Of a DNA stretch of 64,000 bases, positions 41,570 through 50,960 are shown piece by piece. Origin of the DNA: Marinifilaceae bacterium. GTDB lineage: Bacteria; Bacteroidota; Bacteroidia; Bacteroidales; Marinifilaceae. Each line of letters begins with the position of its first letter. The first letter of the stretch is position 1. Location: assembly GCA_963666945.2 (NCBI GenBank), contig CAXXRT010000026.1, positions 16,073 through 80,072 of the forward strand. Reading direction: 5' to 3'. A program made the position numbers and the translations under genes. The notes beneath the pieces are model-generated. The model was not told the DNA's origin and did not search any database. It was given only the letters and a program-made list of their open reading frames with translations.

Positions 41570-41853
41570 TTCTTAGATTGTTTGTTGTAAATTTTATATC
41601 GCAACAAAAATATAATAATTCCCATATCTACAATCAGGTTATGTTTACCATACGACTTTTAAGAATACATATTTCACCCATATACAACATCAGCAATATA
41701 CCGTTATTGTTAACCATATTTATAGATATCACAATCAACTTACTTATCCTTAATATGATAGGAAGTCAAAATTTTGGCAACTGATTTATTTATTACTAAA
41801 TTCACCTTTCTAAAACAAACACAACAATTAACTTTTTTTTAAGAATACATGTT

Positions 41854-43017
41854 ATGAAACACTCTTTTAGACTTATCCTGATTTTACTTATTTGCTCATT
41901 GGTAAATGTAAATGCCTTTTCACAAGAAGATTATAAGGATAAAAAGACAAACCAGACTAAGACGATTTTTATCAATGATGATTTCTATCAAGTAGAATCA
42001 CTCACAGAAGAAACAAAACATTCCCGACCTAAGAATGTAATACTCCTTATTGGTGACGGCATGGGATTATCCCACATATATTCCGGAATCACGGCTAATA
42101 AGGGACAATTATATATCCAAAACTTTAAAAATATCGGATTTTGCAAGACTTACTCTAAGTCTGACTATGTAACAGACTCAGCAGCTTCAGGAACGGCTAT
42201 TGCCACGGGGGAAAAAACTTACAATGGGGCAATTGGAGTAGATATAGATAAAAAACCAATTAAGAATGTCCGGGAAAGATCGGAGGACAAAGGTATGGCA
42301 ACAGGAATCGTTTCTACATCTGCTATAACCCATGCAACTCCGGCATCTTTTGTAGCCCATCAGCCTAAAAGAGAAATGTATGAGGAAATTGCAGGAGATT
42401 TCCTGAAAACAAATATAGATGTATTCATAGGAGGGGGATATTCTCATTTTGCTGAAAGAAAAGATGGGAAAAATCTTATTATAGATCTTAAAAACAAAGG
42501 CTACAAGGTTATAAGAGATGTTGACAGCCTTAAATATATTAAAGAAGGAAAGATGGCATGCCTGACAGCCCCTAAACACAATCCTCAGGCTGAGCAAAGA
42601 AATGATATGCTAAGAAAAGCTTCCATTGCCGCAATTGATATATTAAAAAAAGATAAAGATGGTTTCTTCCTAATGATTGAAGGTTCACAAATTGACTGGG
42701 GAGCACATCAGAATGATATGACTTACATTGTGAAAGAAGTTCTCGATTTTGACAAAACAGTAGGTGAAGTTCTTAAATTTGCAGTTAAAGACAAAAATAC
42801 TCTTGTAATAGTAACTGCAGATCATGAGACAGGTGGATTAGCAATAATAGATGGTGACTTAAAAAAAGGATCCGTTGAAGGAGCATTCACAACCGGTCAC
42901 CACACAGGACTATTAGTTCCAATATTTGCATTTGGACCCGGGTCGGAACACTTCAGGGGATTTATGGAAAACACTGAGATAAGCAAAAAAATAATAAACT
43001 TATTGAAATTAAAATAA
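41854..43017 (+). CDS. Alkaline phosphatase (PhoA family), secreted
   Basis: The signal peptide ends ..NAFS|Q. Motifs include LLIGDGMG, the active-site DSAASGTAIATG, and ..TADHETGG... Confidence 0.85.
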   Translation: MKHSFRLILILLICSLVNVNAFSQEDYKDKKTNQTKTIFINDDFYQVESLTEETKHSRPKNVILLIGDGMGLSHIYSGITANKGQLYIQNFKNIGFCKTYSKSDYVTDSAASGTAIATGEKTYNGAIGVDIDKKPIKNVRERSEDKGMATGIVSTSAITHATPASFVAHQPKREMYEEIAGDFLKTNIDVFIGGGYSHFAERKDGKNLIIDLKNKGYKVIRDVDSLKYIKEGKMACLTAPKHNPQAEQRNDMLRKASIAAIDILKKDKDGFFLMIEGSQIDWGAHQNDMTYIVKEVLDFDKTVGEVLKFAVKDKNTLVIVTADHETGGLAIIDGDLKKGSVEGAFTTGHHTGLLVPIFAFGPGSEHFRGFMENTEISKKIINLLKLK

Positions 43018-43024
43018 AAAAATA

Positions 43025-43052
43025 ACTGGGCAGCCAGCGACTACTGCCCAGT
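43025..43052. terminator. Hairpin between convergent phoA-like and GH13 genes
   Basis: ACTGGGCAG (43025-43033) pairs perfectly with CTGCCCAGT (43044-43052) around a 10-nt loop. An A-run on the plus side upstream gives a U-tract for the minus-strand transcript. Confidence 0.55.
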
Positions 43053-43218
43053 CAACATGGTAATATGTTATGAAACAAACACCCATGTATATAAAACATT
43101 TTATTAACACATATTGCCTAGCACAAATATATAATATTTAGTTTATTATTCCAAGTGAGCGATTTACAAAATAATATAAAAAATAAAATATCGCAATAAA
43201 AATAATGCTAAAATATTT

Positions 43219-46200
43219 TTACCTTAATAATACAATTTTTTTGGATATAACATTATTATTTTTCAACACAAAATTAACGGCATAGTATCCCCTCTCAAAA
43301 TCAGACATTCTTATTTCCTGCTTATTTGTTCCTAAAGTTTCAATCATTAGCACTTTTTTCCCCAATATATCTACGAACTCAACCCTCTTAACATCATTAC
43401 CAAAGGTTAAATTAATAATTCTTTCAGTATAACTCAAATAAACATTGACAGAGATATCACTCCCATCATCTACATACAAGGCGGATTCCACTGCCCCGGC
43501 ATAAGCTGAACTATAGGTTTTCCCCACAACCAATTCCCCCGTAGAAGCAACAGGAATCACCTGAAAACAAATATATTTATTTACATCTTCCCTTCCTGGA
43601 ATATATTCCAAACCAGTTGCGCCCTCAATTAATTGCTTGTTTGCCCCCGATAAAGATTCAGCCCTATACCAGCTATATAAAGACAAACCCTCTTCATCTC
43701 CATTTTCATCGAAATAAGTATAATTTCCCGTTAAAACTTTTCCCTCTTTAGCTTCACCCGAGATACTTAAATCTTTAGCTATAGGTGCAGTTTCTCTCTC
43801 AGGCCTTTCAAATGACTTGGTGGTGAAAATTTTGTACTCTCCCGGATTAAGATTAATAGTCTCGGAGACAGAACTTATTGTAATGCTATCTCCACTAAAA
43901 TAGTCGTACCATTTACCGGTTTTTGTAAACATTGGGCTAAGCTCTCCGGCCTGGACATTAAAATTTCCAACTATACAGACATCATACTCTGAACCATGTA
44001 TCTGAATATGTTTAAAAAAGGAGGATACATCCATTTGGAAATTTGCTGACTTAAAAGCCTGTTTATTAATTCTCAAATCATTAATAGCCTTAATAGTCTG
44101 ATAGAGTCGCTTTCTTTCGGGAACTTCAAAATAATCCCATTTTACAGGCTTCTTTCCCAACCTGCCATTGTAATTGATACTGTAGTCGTATCCCAGTTCA
44201 CCAAATTGCCAAATCATCTTAGGACCAGGGATAGTCAGTAAAAATGTATTTACAAGCTCCATTCTTTCCAGTGCCGTATTTAAATCCATAATATCGTAAT
44301 CCCCCAGAGATCTTCCATAGTTTATATTCCTGTACATTATCCTTTCTTCATCATGGCTTTCCATATATGTAACAAGATTAGGCACATTCCATCCCCTGGA
44401 TTTATAAGATGCCCAAGTCAGATCAGAGTCGTTTTCATAACCCATACTTGCCTGACTATAATTATAATTCATATTGCCCCAAAGTAATATGCCATATTCT
44501 GCAAGTGTTTTCTCCTCTGTATTATCGGCAAGATGTTCAAAGACTATAATTGCATCGGAATTTCTTTTCCATATTTCATCCGACATACGTTTTAAGAGTC
44601 TTATTCTATCTGCATCATAATTGCTTCCCCATTCATCGGAACCACCTAAAGGATGCCATGTATTGGAAAATCCCTTTGTAAAATCAAACCTAAAACCGTC
44701 AACCCTGTAGTATTTCATCCAATAAGAACAAATACTATCCACTAAAGCCTGTGTATGAGCGCTCTCATGATTAAAGTCGTAACCCCACTGAGCATCAGTA
44801 TTTTCAAAATTATGGTTCACATTATACCATGGATTATTCTCAGCAGGCTTACCGTTTTCAAAATACATACGTACCAAAGGGGACTGCCCGTAAGAATGAT
44901 TAAGAACCATATCCATAATAACTGCCATATTCCTTTTATGACACTCATCAATAAACTCTTTATAATCGTTAATTTTTCCATATGCTTTATCCGGTGCAAA
45001 ATAGAAGGAAGGATTATACCCCCAGGAATCGTTTCCTTCAAACTCATTAAAAGGCATAAGTTCAATTGCATTTACACCAAGTTCTTTCAAATAATCAAGC
45101 TTAGCAGTTGCTGCTCTAATACCCCCTTCTTCAGTGAAATCCCTTATTAACAACTCATAGATGACTAAATTATCTTTAATAGCAGGTATAAAATCATCAA
45201 TCTGCCAATTGTAATCAACTCTCCCAATAGAAAATACCGAAGCTATTTCAGTTGTTTTACCATATGGATACTCAATTAAATCAGGATAAATTGAATAACT
45301 AATTTCATTATCATTCCATGGATCTGATATCTTTTCTGAATAGGGATCAGCTATTTTAATTTCTCCATCAATTACATATTGGAATATATATTCCTTCTCT
45401 TTTTCAAGAGGAGAAACTATCAGCCAGAACCTGTTGTCATCTCTAAACATCTGATATTCATTACTTAACTCCCAGTTTGTGAAATCTCCCTTTATAATAA
45501 CATTTTCTTTATCAGGAGCAAATAATACAAAACAAACAGTAGAATCATTTACTATATTTATACCATCTCTCATCCCTTCAGGCAAGTCCTTTAATACAAC
45601 AGTATCTTTTACAAAGAATGAAATGGTATCGCTTACACTTTCAGTCCCTCTCTTGGCAAAAGCAATAAAGCGATGACTTCCTAAATCAGAAGCGACATAA
45701 TCATAAATTAAAGTATTCGCTTTAACAGCACTAAGTAGATTATCATCGGCATATAGAAATAAACTGTCGTTACCTGAAGAAGTAACATCGACATGGATAA
45801 TTGAATCCTTTTCTACACTTTTATCATTATCGGGAAAATTAAATAAGATATTGAGCCCGGCCTCGAAAACTTGCACAAAGATATCATTCCCCCCATCGTC
45901 TTTACCTTCAAGCCATACACCCTCAACTTGTGTTGCACTCCTGAATACAAAGGCCATCTTTAATATACTCTCTCCTTCTGGAACCCCATAATATTCCCGG
46001 ATATCTGGAGTAATTTTAAGTTCCCACTTGTTACCACCAATACTAACCATCTTTGCCTTATAAACGTTTACTCCCCAATCTGCTATTACATATTTCCATT
46101 GGGTATCACTGGAACTCTGATCAGTAATAACACCTGTATGTGCATAAACATCTCCTGTATAATCTTCAAGGCCTCCAGTCCCCAATGAAGCATCAAAAAC

Positions 46201-46314
46201 AATTGTAACACTATCTGTAACAATTGGGATAAAAGGAATGGTCGTAACTATCTGTGATATCGCAGAAAGGACAATAAGAGAAAAGGATAAAAAGAGTGTT
46301 ACAAATTTTTTCAT
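43219..46314 (-). CDS. Large secreted GH13 alpha-glucan hydrolase (amylase/pullulanase-like) with N-terminal binding modules and a T9SS C-terminal sorting domain
   Basis: GH13 conserved regions are present (DMVLNHS, DGFRFDFTKGF, ..FEHL.., YMESHDE). A CBM48/E-set-like segment precedes the catalytic domain. The last ~80 aa (..VEFVDILGKKV....YYAVNFVLKNN..SKKIVLLR) look like a type A T9SS CTD. The signal peptide ends ..AIS|Q. Confidence 0.85.
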   Translation of the reverse strand: MKKFVTLFLSFSLIVLSAISQIVTTIPFIPIVTDSVTIVFDASLGTGGLEDYTGDVYAHTGVITDQSSSDTQWKYVIADWGVNVYKAKMVSIGGNKWELKITPDIREYYGVPEGESILKMAFVFRSATQVEGVWLEGKDDGGNDIFVQVFEAGLNILFNFPDNDKSVEKDSIIHVDVTSSGNDSLFLYADDNLLSAVKANTLIYDYVASDLGSHRFIAFAKRGTESVSDTISFFVKDTVVLKDLPEGMRDGINIVNDSTVCFVLFAPDKENVIIKGDFTNWELSNEYQMFRDDNRFWLIVSPLEKEKEYIFQYVIDGEIKIADPYSEKISDPWNDNEISYSIYPDLIEYPYGKTTEIASVFSIGRVDYNWQIDDFIPAIKDNLVIYELLIRDFTEEGGIRAATAKLDYLKELGVNAIELMPFNEFEGNDSWGYNPSFYFAPDKAYGKINDYKEFIDECHKRNMAVIMDMVLNHSYGQSPLVRMYFENGKPAENNPWYNVNHNFENTDAQWGYDFNHESAHTQALVDSICSYWMKYYRVDGFRFDFTKGFSNTWHPLGGSDEWGSNYDADRIRLLKRMSDEIWKRNSDAIIVFEHLADNTEEKTLAEYGILLWGNMNYNYSQASMGYENDSDLTWASYKSRGWNVPNLVTYMESHDEERIMYRNINYGRSLGDYDIMDLNTALERMELVNTFLLTIPGPKMIWQFGELGYDYSINYNGRLGKKPVKWDYFEVPERKRLYQTIKAINDLRINKQAFKSANFQMDVSSFFKHIQIHGSEYDVCIVGNFNVQAGELSPMFTKTGKWYDYFSGDSITISSVSETINLNPGEYKIFTTKSFERPERETAPIAKDLSISGEAKEGKVLTGNYTYFDENGDEEGLSLYSWYRAESLSGANKQLIEGATGLEYIPGREDVNKYICFQVIPVASTGELVVGKTYSSAYAGAVESALYVDDGSDISVNVYLSYTERIINLTFGNDVKRVEFVDILGKKVLMIETLGTNKQEIRMSDFERGYYAVNFVLKNNNVISKKIVLLR

Positions 46315-46413
46315 ATCAATAAAAAGACAATAGAGGTAAATACTTTAATATACAATACATTCAAATATCCATAAACACAGGAAAATAAAAACATCAGCAA
46401 TAAAATAGTATAC

Positions 46414-46442
46414 CACCCCTTTCCGAGTAATAGAAAGGGGTG
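46414..46442 (-). terminator. Hairpin after the SusE/F-like gene
   Basis: CACCCCTTTC (46414-46423) pairs perfectly with GAAAGGGGTG (46433-46442). It lies 20 nt downstream of the stop at 46462 on the minus strand. The U-tract is weak. Confidence 0.45.
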
Positions 46443-46461
46443 ATAATATATTGGGCATATA

Positions 46462-48180
46462 CTACTTTGGAGTAATAGAATAATTCTTAGCACCAAAACT
46501 AAACTTCACGATATAAGTTCCATCAGTATCAGGTCCTGGAATATTACCTCCTCCTGGATCTGCTGATAGTTCACCATCAACCAAACCAAAGGCATAATCC
46601 CAGTTAGTGGCAGGAACAAACTTCATTTGCTTACCTCCTATAAGATCAACCTCCACTGTCCATTCTTTATTTTCTTCATCCCATATCATAGGAGTGGCAT
46701 TTCCCACATCCCAACCGTTTGGAGTAGCATCACCAACGATATACATATTCTTCTCAACAGATTCTGTAATATAAGTAAGTTCGAATGTGTTAATTATAAT
46801 CCTGAAGTAGCCATCTCCAGGCGATTCAATATTAGCACCCCCCGGCTCAAGATCCAATTGCCCTGGGAAATTGACAGGATCATATTCTTTATAACCAGTA
46901 TCCCAGTTTCCTGTCTGGTAGAAAAATTTCCAGCCTCCGGATGTCATGTCAGCATATGTTATCCATTGGCCACTTCCGCGGTAAAGCATATTATAACCAT
47001 TATTAATGTCCCACCCTGCAGGTGTAGCATCCCCAACAAGTAACATTTCAGCAGGAATAACAATATAAGTGTAAATCCCAGTTTCCTCATCCAATGTCAC
47101 CTGAATGCGCATAAGCTTGAAATCGTCTCCTTCAACCGGACTTGTAATATTACCTCCAGGCGAATACAGTTGCCCCTCGACTTCTCCCGAACCCAGTCCG
47201 TTATCCCAACTACCCTGTACTGGAAAGAACTTAAATTCTCCGGACTTAAGCTTAATAAATCCTAGCCACATATTGGGTTCTACAAATTGAAGTTGAATGG
47301 CATTATCAATATTCCAATCCACTTCTGTTGCAGAACCGGTAATAAATAAAGTACCAATTCTTTTAACCTGGAATAATGCATTTCTGACTTCACTTTCAGT
47401 TGCAAAATCTTCCACATATGCTTTTACTTTCCATTCAACTAAAAACTCCTTTTCAGTAATTCCATAATTATCAAGGGTATCAACAAACTCCGAATAGGTA
47501 ATTGTTGCAGATGTGTCATTTACATTTGTTAGTTTCAAAAATGGAGTGGCGAAATCATTTCCCTTTTTATCCATTATAACGAGATAATTTACTATTCCAC
47601 CATTTGTAGCCGTCACAGGGTCCCAAGAAAACACAAGCTCCTCATCAGGAGTAGCACTCTTGTCTACGGATAAAATAACATTATCTATCGGATTTAGCAG
47701 ATTAAGTTTACTCAGTCCAACAGTTCCTATTTTAAATGTAATAATATAATAAGGAGCATTTTTAAGGTTTCCACTATCATTATCTGCCTGAATAGTCCAT
47801 CTGACAGTAATCTTTTCGGTTACACCCAATTGATCTAATAATGATTTAATATTGCCATGAGATAATGTTAATTTATTGACAGAACCATTGTTATCTGCTA
47901 ACAACTCAGCCAGCGGTTCTGAAAAATCACCATCTTCTTCATCCAACAAGAATTTATATTTAATAGGACTACCTAATCCCGATTTTGCTTCGTTCCACAT
48001 AATAACAACTTCTTCTTCCAGATTTCCGATATTCAGGATTAAGGTGTCGTTATTATCAGGGCTGATAAGGCCAAGACCAGTTATTGCCTCTCCCTTAATG
48101 GTATTATCAGCAACATCTTCGGCACAGGAAACACAAAACAGGACTAAACCAATTATTAATATTGTTTTTATATATTTCAT
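46462..48180 (-). CDS. SusE/SusF-like surface starch-binding lipoprotein (two N-terminal SusE-type modules plus three GDATPxGW-type modules)
   Basis: The lipobox is LVLFCVSC, followed by acidic AEDVADN. There are three repeats containing GSATEVDW / VGDATPAGWD / VGDATPNGWD followed by W..KF motifs. The track start at 48225 overlaps the upstream gene, so the ATG at 48180 is preferred. Confidence 0.7.
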   Translation of the reverse strand: MKYIKTILIIGLVLFCVSCAEDVADNTIKGEAITGLGLISPDNNDTLILNIGNLEEEVVIMWNEAKSGLGSPIKYKFLLDEEDGDFSEPLAELLADNNGSVNKLTLSHGNIKSLLDQLGVTEKITVRWTIQADNDSGNLKNAPYYIITFKIGTVGLSKLNLLNPIDNVILSVDKSATPDEELVFSWDPVTATNGGIVNYLVIMDKKGNDFATPFLKLTNVNDTSATITYSEFVDTLDNYGITEKEFLVEWKVKAYVEDFATESEVRNALFQVKRIGTLFITGSATEVDWNIDNAIQLQFVEPNMWLGFIKLKSGEFKFFPVQGSWDNGLGSGEVEGQLYSPGGNITSPVEGDDFKLMRIQVTLDEETGIYTYIVIPAEMLLVGDATPAGWDINNGYNMLYRGSGQWITYADMTSGGWKFFYQTGNWDTGYKEYDPVNFPGQLDLEPGGANIESPGDGYFRIIINTFELTYITESVEKNMYIVGDATPNGWDVGNATPMIWDEENKEWTVEVDLIGGKQMKFVPATNWDYAFGLVDGELSADPGGGNIPGPDTDGTYIVKFSFGAKNYSITPK

Positions 48181-48196
48181 AAATTCATCAGTTTTA

Positions 48197-49048
48197 CTAT
48201 TCATAAAGTTTAAAAGTCTGCTCAAATTCCCTCTCTACGTCTTCCTTACTCCCATCCGGTTTATTTAGCGTTCCTCTGTATATAAGCTTCATCTTAACAA
48301 CATCAGAAATAGTTTTATCTTCTTGTAAAACCATCAATCTATCAGGGAGAAAAGTAAAGGACCAGACACCAGAAGATTCCATCTTTGCTGAAACATAATC
48401 AGGCATTTCACCAATAACAACATCCCCGGCATCCATAAAACTTATCTTAAGAATTACATCTTCCATTATCCTGACCTTCAAATCTTTCGAAAAGTTCTGA
48501 TTCAAATAAACAGTCACAACATCTTTGACAGAAACTGAGGAGGGGAAACTCCTGTACTCACTATCTTCAAATACTAATGAAGCAAGTATTAATTCTGTTG
48601 CAAAATCTCCCTCTGTCTGTAAACTACCATCCATATTCCTTAATAAAAATCCAATCCTCTTCAATTTTCCTGGAACAATAAAGAAAAGATCGGAAAAATT
48701 ATTATATGTCTCTTCTTTGCCATTTACCATAGTTGTAAGGGGCAATTCTATTTTATAAACATCCGTTTCACCTTCAACTCTATCGAGCTTTGCAGAGGGT
48801 AAAATTGCCCCCCAGTTGGAGCCACAAATCTTCATTTCTGCCGGATCAGCACCTTCTGCCCATGACCACACATAAACATCTGACTGTCCTTCCAATCCTG
48901 TTCCCCTTGCATCAAGAATTATAGTTACAGGAGAAGTAAAGGCATCTACATTTGCGGGGACAACCGACACTTTGGCTTTTCCCTGGGCACAAACACTAAT
49001 CGCCAATGCCCAAATTATTGCATATAATATTATCCCTTTCATAAGCAT
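48197..49048 (-). CDS. Hypothetical secreted PUL-associated protein whose N-terminal module resembles the N-terminus of the T9SS GH13
   Basis: The signal peptide ends ..SVCA|Q. VVPANVDAFTSPVTIILDARGTGLEGQSDVYVWSW resembles TIPFIPIVTDSVTIVFDASLGTGGLEDYTGDVYAHTG of the 1031-aa amylase. Its start overlaps the stop of the upstream gene (TAATG). Confidence 0.5.
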   Translation of the reverse strand: MLMKGIILYAIIWALAISVCAQGKAKVSVVPANVDAFTSPVTIILDARGTGLEGQSDVYVWSWAEGADPAEMKICGSNWGAILPSAKLDRVEGETDVYKIELPLTTMVNGKEETYNNFSDLFFIVPGKLKRIGFLLRNMDGSLQTEGDFATELILASLVFEDSEYRSFPSSVSVKDVVTVYLNQNFSKDLKVRIMEDVILKISFMDAGDVVIGEMPDYVSAKMESSGVWSFTFLPDRLMVLQEDKTISDVVKMKLIYRGTLNKPDGSKEDVEREFEQTFKLYE

Positions 49049-49554
49049 TACTTTTTAATAAGATTATATTCATAAATAATTACGGGCTTTTCTTCGGGAA
49101 CAGCTAAAGAAGGATCTAACCGATTAACTGCAAATTGAAATCTTTCAAAGACTATTCCTCCCCAACTACCAATCTCAACAAACTGTATGATTTCTCCCTT
49201 ACTAAGCTTAATTAAGGCAGGGAAATCATCATCATCAAATTCCCAGATACCGTTATCCGGAAAATCAAGATAAGAATCTCCAACATTGGCAGAAAAAGTT
49301 CCGTCATCATTAAAAGTTATAGTAAAATCGGTATAAGGATGGTCAGGAAACACATTTGTAAGATCCTTAACAGTGGCATAATCAGGGAAAGCTTTCTCTT
49401 GTGCAGATGTTTCAATCTGTACTAGACTTACAAGATTCCATGTTCCTACTAACTGTTCAGCTCTATTTTGAGGATCCCCAATAGGAGGAATATCATCGGG
49501 TGTACAGAACTGAAACAATAACATTACTGATAGTATATATTTTAACAACCTCAT
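49048..49554 (-). CDS. Small lipocalin-like lipoprotein in the PUL
   Basis: The lipobox is LLFQFC, followed by TPDD. ..LVGTWNLVS.. is typical of lipocalin-like Bacteroidota lipoproteins. 168 aa. Confidence 0.5.
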   Translation of the reverse strand: MRLLKYILSVMLLFQFCTPDDIPPIGDPQNRAEQLVGTWNLVSLVQIETSAQEKAFPDYATVKDLTNVFPDHPYTDFTITFNDDGTFSANVGDSYLDFPDNGIWEFDDDDFPALIKLSKGEIIQFVEIGSWGGIVFERFQFAVNRLDPSLAVPEEKPVIIYEYNLIKK

Positions 49555-49572
49555 AATTACATGTTTTAAATA

Positions 49573-50949
49573 TTAACTTCCCGGTTCAGGATTATATGGA
49601 AACTGATCTGACCCCTCAGAAATGGGGAATTGTAATACCATACCTGGATAATTCCATGGCACCCCCCTTACAATAAGATTAGGATCTTCACTAACGCCCC
49701 TTCGCTTTAAGTCATGTACCCTGTACCCTTCACATATCAACTCAAGCCTTTTCTCAATCCTTAATTCGTTCAACACATCCTCACCTGCGGCGTCTAAAGG
49801 CAAATTAAAACTGTCCGAACCATAAGCTCTTTGTTTTATCATATTAACATCTGCAACTGCGGCATCTACATCAGGATTTGATTTTAAAATAGCAGCTTCT
49901 GCCCTTAAAAACATCATATAAGTCAAATGGAATACGGGAGGATCGAAATAATCGTAATTGTATTTTGTCAAGGCAATATACTCATTGGGAGTCCCCTGTT
50001 CTCTTACCTCATACCATTGTTTACGAACATCATTGGCATTACGTAAAGCTACCAAATAAAAGTCTTTTGAAATCCTTATATTCGGGTTCTGGTCTGCCAG
50101 GGATTTATATACACCGTAATCTTCCCCGGCATTGGACTGACCATCTGTAGATATTAGTCGAAGAATGCTTTCACCCGAGCCCCCTAATTGAAACTTTGCA
50201 TTTACATCATTGTCAAACACAAAACCCCCATTCTCAATAACATCATCAGCATACTGATATGCCTTATCATAATCCTGCATATGAAAATACACTTCAGCAA
50301 GCAATGATTTAACAGCCCATTGATTTACGAACCCTTCTCTGGGGTCATTCATTTTTGATTCTGCATCATTCAAATCTTCCAGAATTATATGGTATGCATC
50401 CTTAACACTCGTTCTGACTTGAGGTTCTATCTCTGTTTTAGTTTTAAGCATTATACCGTAATGACTATTGTCAGAGGTGTAACCATAGGGTTGGGCAAAC
50501 AATCTGACAACAGCAAAATGAGATATTGCCCTTAAGAATTTACATTCTGCAATAACCCTGTTCCTTTGATTATCTGTCACATCTACAGCATCACCGATAT
50601 GTTCCATAGCAAAATTAGCCCTCGCTATTGTAACATAGGCATCACTATATGCATCGTCACCAGTAAAATATCCCGTAGAAAAACGAGCATATATATTTAG
50701 TCTTTTATCAGTTTCATCTTTTGGTATTACATCATCTGCAAGCAAATCAGAATATCGCTGAAAGGCTCCACCCACAACTCCCTGTAAGGATTGATAGGAA
50801 CCATTAATTAATCTATCTATATGTACAAGCGAATCTACATATTCTGATTCCAGTTCAGCATTCTCCGGCTTTAAATCCATCCATTCATTACATCCAATTA
50901 ATAAAGAAATAAAAATAAAAGACAGGGCATATATTATTATCTTTTTCAT
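49573..50949 (-). CDS. susD: SusD/RagB-family nutrient-binding outer-membrane lipoprotein
   Basis: The lipobox is SLLIGC. It has a TPR-like helical composition and the C-terminal ..RLELICEGYRVHDLKR.. motif typical of SusD. It lies immediately downstream of susC. Confidence 0.85.
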   Translation of the reverse strand: MKKIIIYALSFIFISLLIGCNEWMDLKPENAELESEYVDSLVHIDRLINGSYQSLQGVVGGAFQRYSDLLADDVIPKDETDKRLNIYARFSTGYFTGDDAYSDAYVTIARANFAMEHIGDAVDVTDNQRNRVIAECKFLRAISHFAVVRLFAQPYGYTSDNSHYGIMLKTKTEIEPQVRTSVKDAYHIILEDLNDAESKMNDPREGFVNQWAVKSLLAEVYFHMQDYDKAYQYADDVIENGGFVFDNDVNAKFQLGGSGESILRLISTDGQSNAGEDYGVYKSLADQNPNIRISKDFYLVALRNANDVRKQWYEVREQGTPNEYIALTKYNYDYFDPPVFHLTYMMFLRAEAAILKSNPDVDAAVADVNMIKQRAYGSDSFNLPLDAAGEDVLNELRIEKRLELICEGYRVHDLKRRGVSEDPNLIVRGVPWNYPGMVLQFPISEGSDQFPYNPEPGS

Positions 50950-50960
50950 ATCAATAAAAT

